In this document: positions 10,291 to 19,904 of the stretch, piece after piece
Layout of the letters: each line of letters opens with the position of its first letter
Numbering within the stretch: the first letter of the stretch is position 1
Assembly: GCA_963668645.2 (NCBI GenBank)
Contig: CAXXWC010000021.1
Location: 480,001 to 544,000, forward strand
Length of the DNA stretch: 64,000 bases
Direction: 5' to 3'
From: Desulfobacterales bacterium
GTDB lineage: Bacteria > Desulfobacterota > Desulfobacteria > Desulfobacterales > UBA2174
Notes under the pieces: generated by a model
The model's database searches: none
What the model was told of the DNA's origin: nothing
What the model saw: only the letters and a program-made list of their open reading frames with translations
Made by a program: the position numbers and the translations under genes

Positions 10291-11448
10291 ATGACCCGAA
10301 TCGAACAACTCATCGAAAACCTTGAGCAGACCGCCCGCCACCCGGCGCGCGCCGTACATGCCGCCATGGCCCGGACCGGCAGGAAGGCGGTGGGCTGCTT
10401 TCCCTACTATACGCCCGACGAGATCATCTACGCAGCCGGCCTGCTGCCGGTGGGCCTCTGGGGCGGGCAGACCGATGTGACCCTGGCCGACAGGTACCTG
10501 CAAAGCTTTTGCTGCTCGCTGATGCGCATCAACCTCGAACAGGGGTTGCGCGGCCACTACGACTTTCTCGAAGCGGTGGTGATTCCGACATGCTGCGACA
10601 CGCTCAAATGCGTCTGCGCCAACTGGGCCGTGGCGGTGCCGGGCGTGCGCCCGATTCCGCTCGTTTTTCCCCAGAACCGGCAGACGGCCCCCGGGCTGGC
10701 CTACCTGATCGACGAGTACCGGAGGGTGCAGCACGAGATCGAAAATCTTGCCGGCCGGTCGATCGGCGAACAGGACCTTTGCCGGGCCATTGCAATCTTC
10801 GACGAGTACCGGGCCACGATGCAGCGCTTTGTGGCGCTGGCGGGCCGCTATCCCAGGACCATCGATGCCCGGCGGCGGCATCTGATCATCAAGGCGGGCT
10901 CTTTTTGCGACAAGGCCGAGTACACGGCCACCGTCAAGGAGTTGATCGCCGAGCTGGAAGGTTGTCCCCGGGAGGACGGTGACTGCATCCGGATTGTCAC
11001 CACCGGGATTCTGGCCGAAACCGACGTGCTCCTGGACTGTTTTGCGGCCAACCGCATGGTGGTGGTGGCCGACAACCTGGCCCAGGAATCGCGCCAGTTC
11101 CGCACGGTGACGCGAACCGGGGGCGGTGCCCTGGAGCGCTTGGCCTTCCGGATCGCGGATCAGCAGGGCTGCTCACTGCTCTACGACGCCCAAAAGCGCC
11201 AGGGGCCGTTGCTGATCGATCTGGTGCGGCGGCACGGCGCCGACGCGGTGGTGGTCTGCATGATGAAGTTCTGCGACCCGGAGGAGTTCGACTATCCGGT
11301 TTATATGCAGGATCTCGAGGCAGCCGGGATTCCGCTGCTCTATCTGGAGATCGAGCAGAAGATGGACTCGGTGGAGTCGATCCGCACCCGCATCCAGAGC
11401 TTTGCCGAAATGGTGCAACAACCGCCGCAGGCGACGACAAAGGAGTGA
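10291..11448 (+). CDS. 2-hydroxyacyl-CoA dehydratase beta subunit (HadC/FldC/HgdB-like)
   Basis: YTPDEIIYAAG, CCDTLKC, MMKFCDPEEFDYP, RTRIQSFAE motifs. Confidence 0.9.
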   Translation: MTRIEQLIENLEQTARHPARAVHAAMARTGRKAVGCFPYYTPDEIIYAAGLLPVGLWGGQTDVTLADRYLQSFCCSLMRINLEQGLRGHYDFLEAVVIPTCCDTLKCVCANWAVAVPGVRPIPLVFPQNRQTAPGLAYLIDEYRRVQHEIENLAGRSIGEQDLCRAIAIFDEYRATMQRFVALAGRYPRTIDARRRHLIIKAGSFCDKAEYTATVKELIAELEGCPREDGDCIRIVTTGILAETDVLLDCFAANRMVVVADNLAQESRQFRTVTRTGGGALERLAFRIADQQGCSLLYDAQKRQGPLLIDLVRRHGADAVVVCMMKFCDPEEFDYPVYMQDLEAAGIPLLYLEIEQKMDSVESIRTRIQSFAEMVQQPPQATTKE

Positions 11449-11452
11449 AGCG

Positions 11453-12229
11453 GTGTTTCTGGGAATTGATATTGGATCGACATCTTCCAAGGCCCTGGTG
11501 CTCGATGCAGCATTGCAGGTGACCGGCAAGGCAGTGGTCAACACCGGGGCCGGCACAAGCGGACCCCAGCGGTCGGTTGCCGCGGCCCTGGAAACGGCCG
11601 GCATCGGCCCGGAGCAGATCGCCTATTCCGTAGTGACCGGCTACGGCCGGATCGTCTACGAGAAGGCCGACAGGCAGATCACCGAGATCACCTGCCACGC
11701 GCGGGGCAGCGCCCATCTGATGCCCGAGGCCCGCACGGTGATCGATATCGGAGGCCAGGATGCCAAGGTGATTCGGCTCGGGGCCGGCGGTCAGGTGGAA
11801 AATTTTGTGATGAACGAAAAATGCGCCGCCGGCACGGGGCGCTTTCTCGAAGTGATGGCGCGGATTCTCGACTGCGGCATCGACCGGTTGGGCCCGTTGT
11901 CCCAGGGGGCCACGGCCGAGACGGTGATCAGTAACACCTGTACCGTTTTTGCCGAGTCCGAAGTCATCTCGCAGTTGTCCGCCGGTGCCAGAGCAGAGAA
12001 CGTGGCCGCCGGGGCCCACCGGGCCGTGGCCAAGCGGGTGGCCGGACTGGCCAAACGCATCGGGGTGCGGCCGGCGGTGATCATGACCGGCGGCGTGGCC
12101 ATGAACAGCGGCCTTGTCAGCGCACTGGAGACCGAACTGGGCACAACGATCCGTGTGGCAACCGATTCCCAGCTGGTCGGCGCCCTGGGGGCGGCCCTGT
12201 ATGCCAAATCCTATTTCGAAGACCGGTAA
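11453..12229 (+). CDS. ATP-dependent acyl-CoA dehydratase activase (HadI/FldI/HgdC-like)
   Basis: GIDIGSTSSK, TGYGR, IDIGGQDAK, MNEKCAAGTGRFLE, CTVFAESEVIS; GTG start after AAGGAG. Confidence 0.93.
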   Translation: MFLGIDIGSTSSKALVLDAALQVTGKAVVNTGAGTSGPQRSVAAALETAGIGPEQIAYSVVTGYGRIVYEKADRQITEITCHARGSAHLMPEARTVIDIGGQDAKVIRLGAGGQVENFVMNEKCAAGTGRFLEVMARILDCGIDRLGPLSQGATAETVISNTCTVFAESEVISQLSAGARAENVAAGAHRAVAKRVAGLAKRIGVRPAVIMTGGVAMNSGLVSALETELGTTIRVATDSQLVGALGAALYAKSYFEDR

Positions 12230-12277
12230 AAGGACCGCACCAAGGCCATAGCCGGCAGCAAGAAAGGAAGCAGATCA

Positions 12278-13144
12278 GTGACCAAACCGATGAAAAAGAT
12301 AGCCGTGGTCGGCGCGGGCAACATGGGCCACCAGATCGCGTTGCAGTTCGCGCGCTGCGGCTTTGAAGTGGCCTGCACCGATACCAGCGCCGAAATGCTC
12401 GCCAAAGCCGAAGCGTTTGCAGCGGACTGGAGCGCCAAGCAGATCGCCAAGGGCCGCCTGACACCCGATGCGGCCAACGCTCTCACTGAACGGCTTAACT
12501 TTACCGCCGATCTGGCCGCGGCCGCCGGCGACGCCGACCTGGTGCTCGAAGCGATCATCGAGTCCATCGCGGCCAAGCGCACCTTGTTCGCCGCACTGGA
12601 CGGGATCTGCCCGGCCCGCACGATCCTGGCCACCAACAGTTCGTACATCGTCAGCTCGCGTATCGCCGATGCCACCCGGCGGCCGGACAAGGTGCTCAAC
12701 ATGCACTTTTTCAACCCGGCCCTGGTGATGAAACTCGTCGAGGTGGTCAGAGGCCCCCACGTGTCCGACGAAACGGTGGCCGCCGTGCTCGATCTATGCC
12801 GGGCCATCGACAAGGTGCCGTGCCTGGTGCGCCGGGAGATCTACGGGTTCGTGGTCAACCGGATTTTTGCGGCTCTCACCCGCGAAGCCTGCTTCATGCT
12901 CGAACAGGGGGTGGCGAGTATCGAAGACATCGACAAGGCGGTCAAAAACGGCCTGGGCCACCCGCTGGGCCCCTTCGAACTGCTCGATCTGACCGGCATC
13001 GACCTGGAGTACCGGGTACTGATGGAGCGCTTTGCCGAGACCGGCGACCACCGCGACAAGCCGGGGCCGGCCATCGTGGAGCGATACGCCCAGGGTCGCT
13101 ACGGACGCAAGAGCGGCCGGGGCTTTTACAATTACACGGAGTAG
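12278..13144 (+). CDS. 3-hydroxyacyl-CoA dehydrogenase
   Basis: VVGAGNMG Rossmann motif, ATNSS, MHFFNP, GHPLGPFELLDLTGID; start may be ATG 12290. Confidence 0.93.
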   Translation: MTKPMKKIAVVGAGNMGHQIALQFARCGFEVACTDTSAEMLAKAEAFAADWSAKQIAKGRLTPDAANALTERLNFTADLAAAAGDADLVLEAIIESIAAKRTLFAALDGICPARTILATNSSYIVSSRIADATRRPDKVLNMHFFNPALVMKLVEVVRGPHVSDETVAAVLDLCRAIDKVPCLVRREIYGFVVNRIFAALTREACFMLEQGVASIEDIDKAVKNGLGHPLGPFELLDLTGIDLEYRVLMERFAETGDHRDKPGPAIVERYAQGRYGRKSGRGFYNYTE

Positions 13145-13148
13145 CAAG

Positions 13149-13919
13149 ATGGAATTTGCATCAATCCGATTCAGCACCGCCAACGGGGTGGCGCGCATCG
13201 AACTCAACCGCCCGCAGGTGCTCAACGCCCTTAACCGCCAGTTGATCGACGAACTGACCCTGGCCCTGGCCGAGGTGCGTGTGGCCTGCGACATCCGGGC
13301 CCTGATCGTCAGCGGGACCGGGGGAAATTTCGCCGCCGGGGCCGATATCGCCGAAATGGTCGACCTGGACCCCGAAGGGGCCGCAGCCTTCAGTTTCAGC
13401 CCGGCCTATGATGCGCTGGCCTCGCTGCCGGTGCCGGTGATCGCGGCTGTGGACGGGTATGCCCTGGGCGGAGGCCTCGAACTGGCCCTGGCCTGCGATA
13501 TCCGCATCTGCACGCCCAAGGCCCGCTTCGGACTGCCGGAGATCAAGATCGGCATCTTTCCCGGGGCCGGCGGCACCCAGCGCCTGCCCCGGCTCATCGG
13601 CCACGGCCGAGCGCGGGAGATGATCTATACCGGGAAAATGATCGACGCGGCCACGGCCGTCTCCTGGGGCCTTTGCAGCCAAGTGATCGAGGACGATCTT
13701 GGTGCGGCGTCCGCGGCCTTGGCCGCACGCATCGCCGGAGGCCCTCCCCTGGCCCTTGCAGCGGCCAAAGCGGCCATGGAAAACGGGATGCAAACCGGGC
13801 TTGGCGACGCCATCGCCCAGGAGAGCGCCCTATGGGCCGGCCTCTTCACCTCCACGGACCAGAAGGAGGGGATGCGGACCTTTATGGAAAAGCGCAAACC
13901 GTTGTTTCGCGGAAAATAG
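13149..13919 (+). CDS. Enoyl-CoA hydratase (crotonase)
   Basis: FAAGADI, GYALGGGLELALACD, FGLPE..GIFPGAGGTQRL (both catalytic Glu present). Confidence 0.93.
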   Translation: MEFASIRFSTANGVARIELNRPQVLNALNRQLIDELTLALAEVRVACDIRALIVSGTGGNFAAGADIAEMVDLDPEGAAAFSFSPAYDALASLPVPVIAAVDGYALGGGLELALACDIRICTPKARFGLPEIKIGIFPGAGGTQRLPRLIGHGRAREMIYTGKMIDAATAVSWGLCSQVIEDDLGAASAALAARIAGGPPLALAAAKAAMENGMQTGLGDAIAQESALWAGLFTSTDQKEGMRTFMEKRKPLFRGK

Positions 13920-13965
13920 ACCGATGCCCATTTCTGGAAGGGTATACCAATAGGAGTGCGAAACC

Positions 13966-15147
13966 ATGAACGAAGTTGTCATCACTGCCGCCTGCCGCAC
14001 GGCCATCGGTAAATTCCACGGCGGGTTCAAGAACGCCAAAGCCCTGGACCTGACCATCCCGACACTCAAGGCGCTGCTCGATCGGGCACGGATCGGCGCC
14101 GAGACGGTCGAGGACGTGATCTGGGGCTGCAACTACCAGAAAACTTTCCGGGAGAACAACCTGGCCCGGGTGGCGGCCATCAAGGCCGGCTATCCGGACA
14201 CGGTCCCGGGCATCACGGTACACCGCAACTGCACCTCGTCCATGTCGGCCATCCAGTTTGGCTACTACCAGATCCGCTGCGGCGAGGCCGATGTGATCGT
14301 GGCCGGCGGCACCGACTCGATGAGCAACGCCCAGTACACGGTGGAAAAAATGCGCTATGGAACGCGCTTCGGGCACACCGAACTGCGCGACTCGATGTGG
14401 GATTCGCTCACCGAACTGGGGGTCGGTCCGGCCATGGGAATCACGGCCGAAAACCTGGCCGAAAAATACCGGATCAGCCGCGAGGAGCAGGATCTGCTGG
14501 CGCTCACGAGCAACCAGCGGGCCGTGGCGGCCATCGACCAGGGCCGCTTTATCGATGAAATCGTTCCCGTGGAGGTCCGCAACGGCAAAAAGAGCGAAGT
14601 GATCGACACCGACGAGCACCCGCGGCGCGATACCACCCTCGAGAGCCTGGCGCGTCTCAAGCCGAGCTTCAAAACGGACGGGACGGTCACGGCGGGCAAC
14701 GCTTCGGGAATCAACGACGCGGCGGCCGGGGTGGTGCTGATGAGCCGCGAGCAGGCCGAGGCCCTGGGGGCACCGGTCCTGGCGCGTATCGTCGCCACGG
14801 CCACGGCCGGGGTGCCGCCGGAGATCATGGGCATCGGGCCGGTGCCGGCGACCCAGAAGGCCTTGAGCAAGGCCGGCCTGAGCCTGGCGGACATGGATCT
14901 GGTGGAGGTCAACGAGGCCTTTGCAGCCCAGTACCTGGCCTGCGAGAAGGTCCTCGGGCTCGACCGCTCCATCACCAATGTCAACGGCAGCGGGATCGGC
15001 CTGGGCCACCCGGTGGGGGCCACCGGGGCGCGCATCGTGACCACGCTGCTTTTCGAAATGCAAAAGCGTGGTGCGCGCAGGGGTCTGGCGACCCTGTGCG
15101 CCGGCGGCGGCATGGGTACGGCGCTCATCTTGGAACGCGCGGCCTGA
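13966..15147 (+). CDS. Thiolase (acetyl-CoA C-acyltransferase)
   Basis: RNCTSS (catalytic Cys), GNASGINDAA, NEAF, GHPVGATG, LCAGGGMG. Confidence 0.95.
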   Translation: MNEVVITAACRTAIGKFHGGFKNAKALDLTIPTLKALLDRARIGAETVEDVIWGCNYQKTFRENNLARVAAIKAGYPDTVPGITVHRNCTSSMSAIQFGYYQIRCGEADVIVAGGTDSMSNAQYTVEKMRYGTRFGHTELRDSMWDSLTELGVGPAMGITAENLAEKYRISREEQDLLALTSNQRAVAAIDQGRFIDEIVPVEVRNGKKSEVIDTDEHPRRDTTLESLARLKPSFKTDGTVTAGNASGINDAAAGVVLMSREQAEALGAPVLARIVATATAGVPPEIMGIGPVPATQKALSKAGLSLADMDLVEVNEAFAAQYLACEKVLGLDRSITNVNGSGIGLGHPVGATGARIVTTLLFEMQKRGARRGLATLCAGGGMGTALILERAA

Positions 15148-15241
15148 ATTTTTTATTTTTTTAAAATAATCCGATTTGCCGTATCGCCGCCTTTACAGGC
15201 ACCCGGCGGTTTGCGGTCCATAAAAAACAGGGAGGGATTCC

Positions 15242-16705
15242 ATGGCCTTGATGACAGCGGCCCAGTACGAAGAGAGTCTCAGAAGGCTAAACCTGGTGGT
15301 CTACATGTTCGGCGAACGCATCGCCGACCCGGTGGACCATCCGATCATCCGCCCCTCGATGAACGCCGTGGCCGCCACCTACGACCTGGCCCAGCGGCCG
15401 GAGTACGAGGACCTGATGACGGCCATCAGCCATCTGAACGGAGAAAAGATCAACCGCTTCACCCATATCCACCAATCGGTGAACGATCTGGTGAAAAAAA
15501 GCCGGATGAACCGGCTGCTGGGGCGCAAGACCGGCTGCTGCTTCCAGCGCTGCGTGGGCATGGATGCCTTGAACGCCCTTTCCATTGTCACCTACGACAT
15601 GGACCAGGCCTTGGGCACCGGGTACAACCGTCGTTTTCTCGATTATCTTTCCATGGTCCAGCGCGCCGATCTGACCTGTGACGGGGCCATGACCGATCCC
15701 AAGGGCGACCGCTCGCTGCCCCCGCATCGGCAGGCCGATCCAGACATGTTCCTGCATGTGGTGGAAAAAAAGAGCGACGGGATCGTGGTGCGCGGAGCCA
15801 AAGTCCACCAGACCGGGGCGGTCAACTCCCATGAAATCATCGTCATGCCCACAATCACCATGCGCGAGGAGGACCGCGATTGGGCCGTGTCCTTCGCTTT
15901 GCCCAGCGACGCCGAAGGGATCACCTACATCATGGGCCGCCAGTCCTGCGACACGCGCAAACTGGAGCCCGGCCGCCTCGACCAGGGCAACCAGCGCTAC
16001 GGCGGCCACGAGGCCCTGGTGGTTTTCGAGGATGTTTTCGTCCCCTGGGAGCGGGTCTTCATGTGCGGCGAAGTGGCCTTTTCCGGGGCACTGGTGGAAA
16101 AGTTCGCTTCCTACCACCGCCAGAGCTACGCGTGCAAAGTCGGGGTGGGCGACGTGCTCATCGGCGCAACCCAGACCATCGCCGAGTACAACGGCGCGGA
16201 TCGGGCCTCGCACATCAAAGACAAGATCATCGAGATGAACCAGCTCAACGAGACGCTCTACTGCGGATGCATTGCCTGCGCCAGTGAGGGGGCCCGGGAA
16301 CCGAGCGGCACCTACTGTGTCCAGACCCTGCTGGCCAACGTGCACAAGCAGAATGTCACGCGCTTTCCCTACGAGATCGCCCGCCTTGCCCAGGACATCG
16401 CCGGCGGATTGATGGTGACGCTGCCGTCCGAGGCCGATCTGCGCTCCCCCACGGTGGGCCGGTGGATCGAAAAATACTTCAAGGCCCGCGAGGGGGTGGA
16501 TACCAAAGATCGGATGCGGATTTTACGCCTCATCGAGAACCTCACCCTCGGCACGGCCGCCGTGGGGTATCTGACCGAATCGATGCACGGCGCCGGTTCA
16601 CCCCAGGCCCAGCGCATCATGATCGCACGCCAGGTCAACATGTCCGAAAAACAGCGCGCCGCTTGCGCCTTGTGCGGAATCGGCGCCGCCCCCGAAGAGC
16701 AATAA
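15242..16705 (+). CDS. abfD: 4-hydroxybutyryl-CoA dehydratase / vinylacetyl-CoA isomerase
   Basis: CFQRCVGMDA Fe-S ligands, GAMTDPKGDRS, YHRQSYACK, ESMHGAGSPQAQRI. Confidence 0.9.
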   Translation: MALMTAAQYEESLRRLNLVVYMFGERIADPVDHPIIRPSMNAVAATYDLAQRPEYEDLMTAISHLNGEKINRFTHIHQSVNDLVKKSRMNRLLGRKTGCCFQRCVGMDALNALSIVTYDMDQALGTGYNRRFLDYLSMVQRADLTCDGAMTDPKGDRSLPPHRQADPDMFLHVVEKKSDGIVVRGAKVHQTGAVNSHEIIVMPTITMREEDRDWAVSFALPSDAEGITYIMGRQSCDTRKLEPGRLDQGNQRYGGHEALVVFEDVFVPWERVFMCGEVAFSGALVEKFASYHRQSYACKVGVGDVLIGATQTIAEYNGADRASHIKDKIIEMNQLNETLYCGCIACASEGAREPSGTYCVQTLLANVHKQNVTRFPYEIARLAQDIAGGLMVTLPSEADLRSPTVGRWIEKYFKAREGVDTKDRMRILRLIENLTLGTAAVGYLTESMHGAGSPQAQRIMIARQVNMSEKQRAACALCGIGAAPEEQ

Positions 16706-16721
16706 CCCTCCCCTCCCCCCT

Positions 16722-16747
16722 GCTGGGGCCCGCAAGGGCCCCGGCTT
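16722..16747 (+). terminator. GC-rich hairpin with GCAA tetraloop after abfD, possible terminator
   Basis: GCTGGGGCCC-GCAA-GGGCCCCGGC 16 nt after the stop; U-tract is weak. Confidence 0.45.
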
Positions 16748-16893
16748 CCCTCCATAAATATTCAACCGCACCCTGTTTGGGGGTGCCGTATCCCCGGCTG
16801 TTTGGGGCCCGGCGCGATCCGGCTGCCTGCACCGGCAGATGGCCCTTCTCAACGGACACGCGGAGGGCAGTACCTGCCGGAGGAAGGGGTTGA

Positions 16894-17376
16894 TCACAAA
16901 GGACGCAAAGAGTAACGAAAATCGCAATAAGCCGCGCCTTCCATGATGGTCTGGGTCCGCGCGAGGCTCAACCGGGGATGAAACCCTCTGGCAAATGGTT
17001 CGTCGCGGCAGCAGGACAGGGCCGTTCCGTATTCATCGAGTCCCAATTCACGGTATTTTTCATAATAGGGACATCGCGTTACATTAAAGCTGTAAGTATG
17101 CGACGTTTGTTCGAGCACCTCCATCTCCCATACGCCGCCCTCCCCCCATCCGGCCACCTCTTGCACCAGTTCCGTGATCCCGGTCTGTCCCAGGCGTTCT
17201 CTCAGCTCCTGACCGCGCTGAAAGGCTTCCTGTTGATTGACCTGCATTAAGATTTCCAGGGCCTCCTGCTTTCCCATCCGCTGGGCCACCGCACGAATCA
17301 CCGGCGCCACCGCCAATGCTTCGATTGCCCGCTTTTCTATCCGATTGAGTTTTTGGGTCTCACCTACTGTTGTCAT
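16894..17376 (-). CDS. L-2-amino-thiazoline-4-carboxylate (ATC) hydrolase-family protein
   Basis: FNVTRCPY...LSCCRD...RTQTIMEGAAYCDFRY family signature; GGGAG RBS. Confidence 0.75.
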   Translation of the reverse strand: MTTVGETQKLNRIEKRAIEALAVAPVIRAVAQRMGKQEALEILMQVNQQEAFQRGQELRERLGQTGITELVQEVAGWGEGGVWEMEVLEQTSHTYSFNVTRCPYYEKYRELGLDEYGTALSCCRDEPFARGFHPRLSLARTQTIMEGAAYCDFRYSLRPL

Positions 17377-17480
17377 CTCAATCTCCCACGCTTTCAAACG
17401 CTGAAAAATGATTGCTTATGGTGAGTAATTCATCGCTCCAAAGAAATGATACGCGCAGTTTCGATCACTATTTTCACCGG

Positions 17481-18425
17481 TCACAACAGACCGTTTTTCA
17501 CTTTTTGTGCAAGCTCGTTATCCACCACATCCTCGAAATCGTAGCGTGTTTGCATATAGCCGGACAACATCCACATATCGACCATCCGTTCGTACGATTC
17601 TCGCGATATTACCGGGTCGGGCCGCCAGCACCCGATTGCCTTGTAGTTTTTGACCGACCGGATCAAAACCTCACTGGACATTTCCTGGAAAAGGCCGCCG
17701 GTCACCGAGACGATCTCTTCGGCGGTGCTGGCGTCGATCCAGCACAATGTCGCGTAATAGGCCCGCATAAAGGCTTCCGCAGCATCGGCGCGTTCCTTGA
17801 GAAACTTGCGGCTCATGGCCAGTGAACTGAACGCCAGCGGGCCCAGCGATTCACCCACCGAGACTGCCAAAAATCCGACGCCCCCTTCTATCAGAATGCT
17901 CGCAAAAGGCTCCTGCAGATGGGCAACGTCACCTGCACCCGCTCTGAATGCCTCGGCTGCCGAGGCCATATCCGCATAGTCGTCCAGCAGCCGTATCTCA
18001 GCCATATCAACATCCGATACCTTTGACAGGCACATGCGCAGGGAAGCAAGCGGCTGGAGGCTGAAATTGGATGTGACCAGCTCGGCGCCTTCGAGATCTT
18101 TCCACTTGAAATCTTTTTCCGCATTGCGCCGGATCAAAAAGAATCCATCCCGCTGGTTGACCGCCGCCACCTGCACAGGCATATCGCCTCCCAGCTTTTG
18201 TTCCAGCCACAGGAAGTTCAATGTCGGAGCGTTTCCCAGGACATCCACGGTCCCCTGGTTGAGCTGCTTGAACCGGTCAACGCCCTTTCCCGGCTCTGTC
18301 CCCAAAATCCCCGTATATCCCTCTTTAGCCAAAAATCCGGCTTCCACCGTGGCGAGAATCGGAATGTAGAAAACGGACCGCGCGGCTTCCGCAATTCTTA
18401 ACGTTTTGCTTCTAGAAGTCATCAT
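17481..18425 (-). CDS. NMT1/THI5/SsuA-like substrate-binding-fold protein
   Basis: RSVFYIP..EAGFLAKEG, RDGFFLI, FKWKDLEG, HLQEP motifs; AAGGAG RBS; no evident signal peptide. Confidence 0.75.
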   Translation of the reverse strand: MMTSRSKTLRIAEAARSVFYIPILATVEAGFLAKEGYTGILGTEPGKGVDRFKQLNQGTVDVLGNAPTLNFLWLEQKLGGDMPVQVAAVNQRDGFFLIRRNAEKDFKWKDLEGAELVTSNFSLQPLASLRMCLSKVSDVDMAEIRLLDDYADMASAAEAFRAGAGDVAHLQEPFASILIEGGVGFLAVSVGESLGPLAFSSLAMSRKFLKERADAAEAFMRAYYATLCWIDASTAEEIVSVTGGLFQEMSSEVLIRSVKNYKAIGCWRPDPVISRESYERMVDMWMLSGYMQTRYDFEDVVDNELAQKVKNGLL

Positions 18426-18467
18426 TTTCTCCTTGAACGATGCAGGCATGGATGGCGGTTTTCGTTT

Positions 18468-19394
18468 TCAGTACCCCCGCCGCCGGTCGATCCGGTGCAG
18501 CGGCGCCTGCCCGGCCAGCACGCGCCGGTAGTTTTCGTAAATCTGCGCCGCGACGACAGACGGGTTGGTGATGCTGGCGGTGTGGGGGGTCACGATGATC
18601 GCCGGATGATCCCAGAAAGGATGGCCGGCCGGCAGCGGCTCGGTGCGAAACACATCCAGGCAGGCCCCGGAAAGGTGGCCGCCGTCGATGGCCGCCACAA
18701 GGTCGGCCTCGACCAGGTGGTCGCCGCGGGCCACGTTGATCACGAAAGCCCCGGGCCGCAGCAGCCCGAAAAGGCGGGCATTGAGGATATCCCGGGTCTC
18801 AGTGGTCAGCGGCAGCAGGCAGACCAGCACGTCCGTTTCGCCCAGAAAAGGATCGAGCCCGTCCTGCCCGCAGAAGGTTTCGATCCCCTCGACCGCGCCG
18901 GGGCTGCGGCGCCAGCCGGCCACCTTAAACCCCAGGGCCGCCAGACGGTTCGCGGCATGGGTCCCGAGTTGCCCCAGCCCCATGATGCCCACTTTGGTGC
19001 GGCCGGCCAATCGCGGGATGTGAATCTTCCAGCCCTGTTCCCGTTGCTGGCGGAAATAGGTGGCGGCATAACGGCAGTGATTGAGCACCGCCATGACGAT
19101 GTACTCGCTCATCGCCTGGGCCATGGACGGGTCGACCACCCGGGTGACGGGCAGGTCTGGCAGCTCGGGGTCTCGCAGGATATGGTCTACCCCCGCGCCC
19201 ATGGAGGCGATGCAGCGCAGGTTGGCAAAACGCTTCAACTCACCCGGCAGCGGACTCCAGACCAGGGCGAATTCGATATCCTCGGGCCGCCCGACATCGG
19301 GAAAGATGCGCAGGTCGAGTTGGGGATCGATGGCTTTGAGCCGTTTGACCCAGCCATGGGGCGGTACACCGTTCAAAAGAATCATGAATGCCAT
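18468..19394 (-). CDS. ghrA: D-2-hydroxyacid dehydrogenase, glyoxylate/hydroxypyruvate reductase A-like
   Basis: GAGVDH, GIMGLGQLG, LLPLT, INVARG, LDVF..EPL, TPH, C-terminal RGY. Confidence 0.85.
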   Translation of the reverse strand: MAFMILLNGVPPHGWVKRLKAIDPQLDLRIFPDVGRPEDIEFALVWSPLPGELKRFANLRCIASMGAGVDHILRDPELPDLPVTRVVDPSMAQAMSEYIVMAVLNHCRYAATYFRQQREQGWKIHIPRLAGRTKVGIMGLGQLGTHAANRLAALGFKVAGWRRSPGAVEGIETFCGQDGLDPFLGETDVLVCLLPLTTETRDILNARLFGLLRPGAFVINVARGDHLVEADLVAAIDGGHLSGACLDVFRTEPLPAGHPFWDHPAIIVTPHTASITNPSVVAAQIYENYRRVLAGQAPLHRIDRRRGY

Positions 19395-19904
19395 CGGGGT
19401 TTCCTTTGTCGGGATCGGCCAGCGGCGGTCTGAACCTCCACTGCGCCAGGATTTGCCGGCCTGGCAGTTCGAGCAGCTTACGAAATTCAACCCTCTCGTC
19501 CAGGCGGGTGGTTAAGATAGCGGACATGGTGAAAGCTCATAACAAATTTTTGTCCTCGGCGACAATATTACCGGAATGGCTCTTCGCTGTTTCGTGTGGG
19601 TGGATTTGGTTTGCGAGGGACTTGGCCCTGGGTTAGAGTTGCTGCAAAACAGCAAAGAGGCGTATTATCAGACGAGGTTACGGCCGAACTTGCGCAGAGA
19701 CAGGATATACTGTCGAACAGATTCCGGGCAAACTACCATGTTGCTTTCCGCATTAATCCGTTCAAAAATTCCTGAATAATTCGGCCGATCGGTGACAATT
19801 TCAGATTAATTTGGCGAGCCGCTGGAGCGGCCCGCCGTCAGAAGTACTTGTCAGCGGTCAGAACGGGATGTTGTCTCGCATCGGGCAATCTTCTTTATAG
19901 CAAA

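Noticed and set aside
1290..16345. Many long antisense ORFs (e.g. 2851-4152, 4616-6160, 7700-8944, 9322-10881, 13882-15063)
   Set aside because: Shadow frames of GC-rich genes with clear motifs on the opposite strand
19395..19904. 500-bp intergenic stretch at the island border, checked for tRNA, att site or riboswitch
   Set aside because: No cloverleaf, T-loop motif or recognisable riboswitch core seen by eye; an Rfam scan would be needed to exclude one
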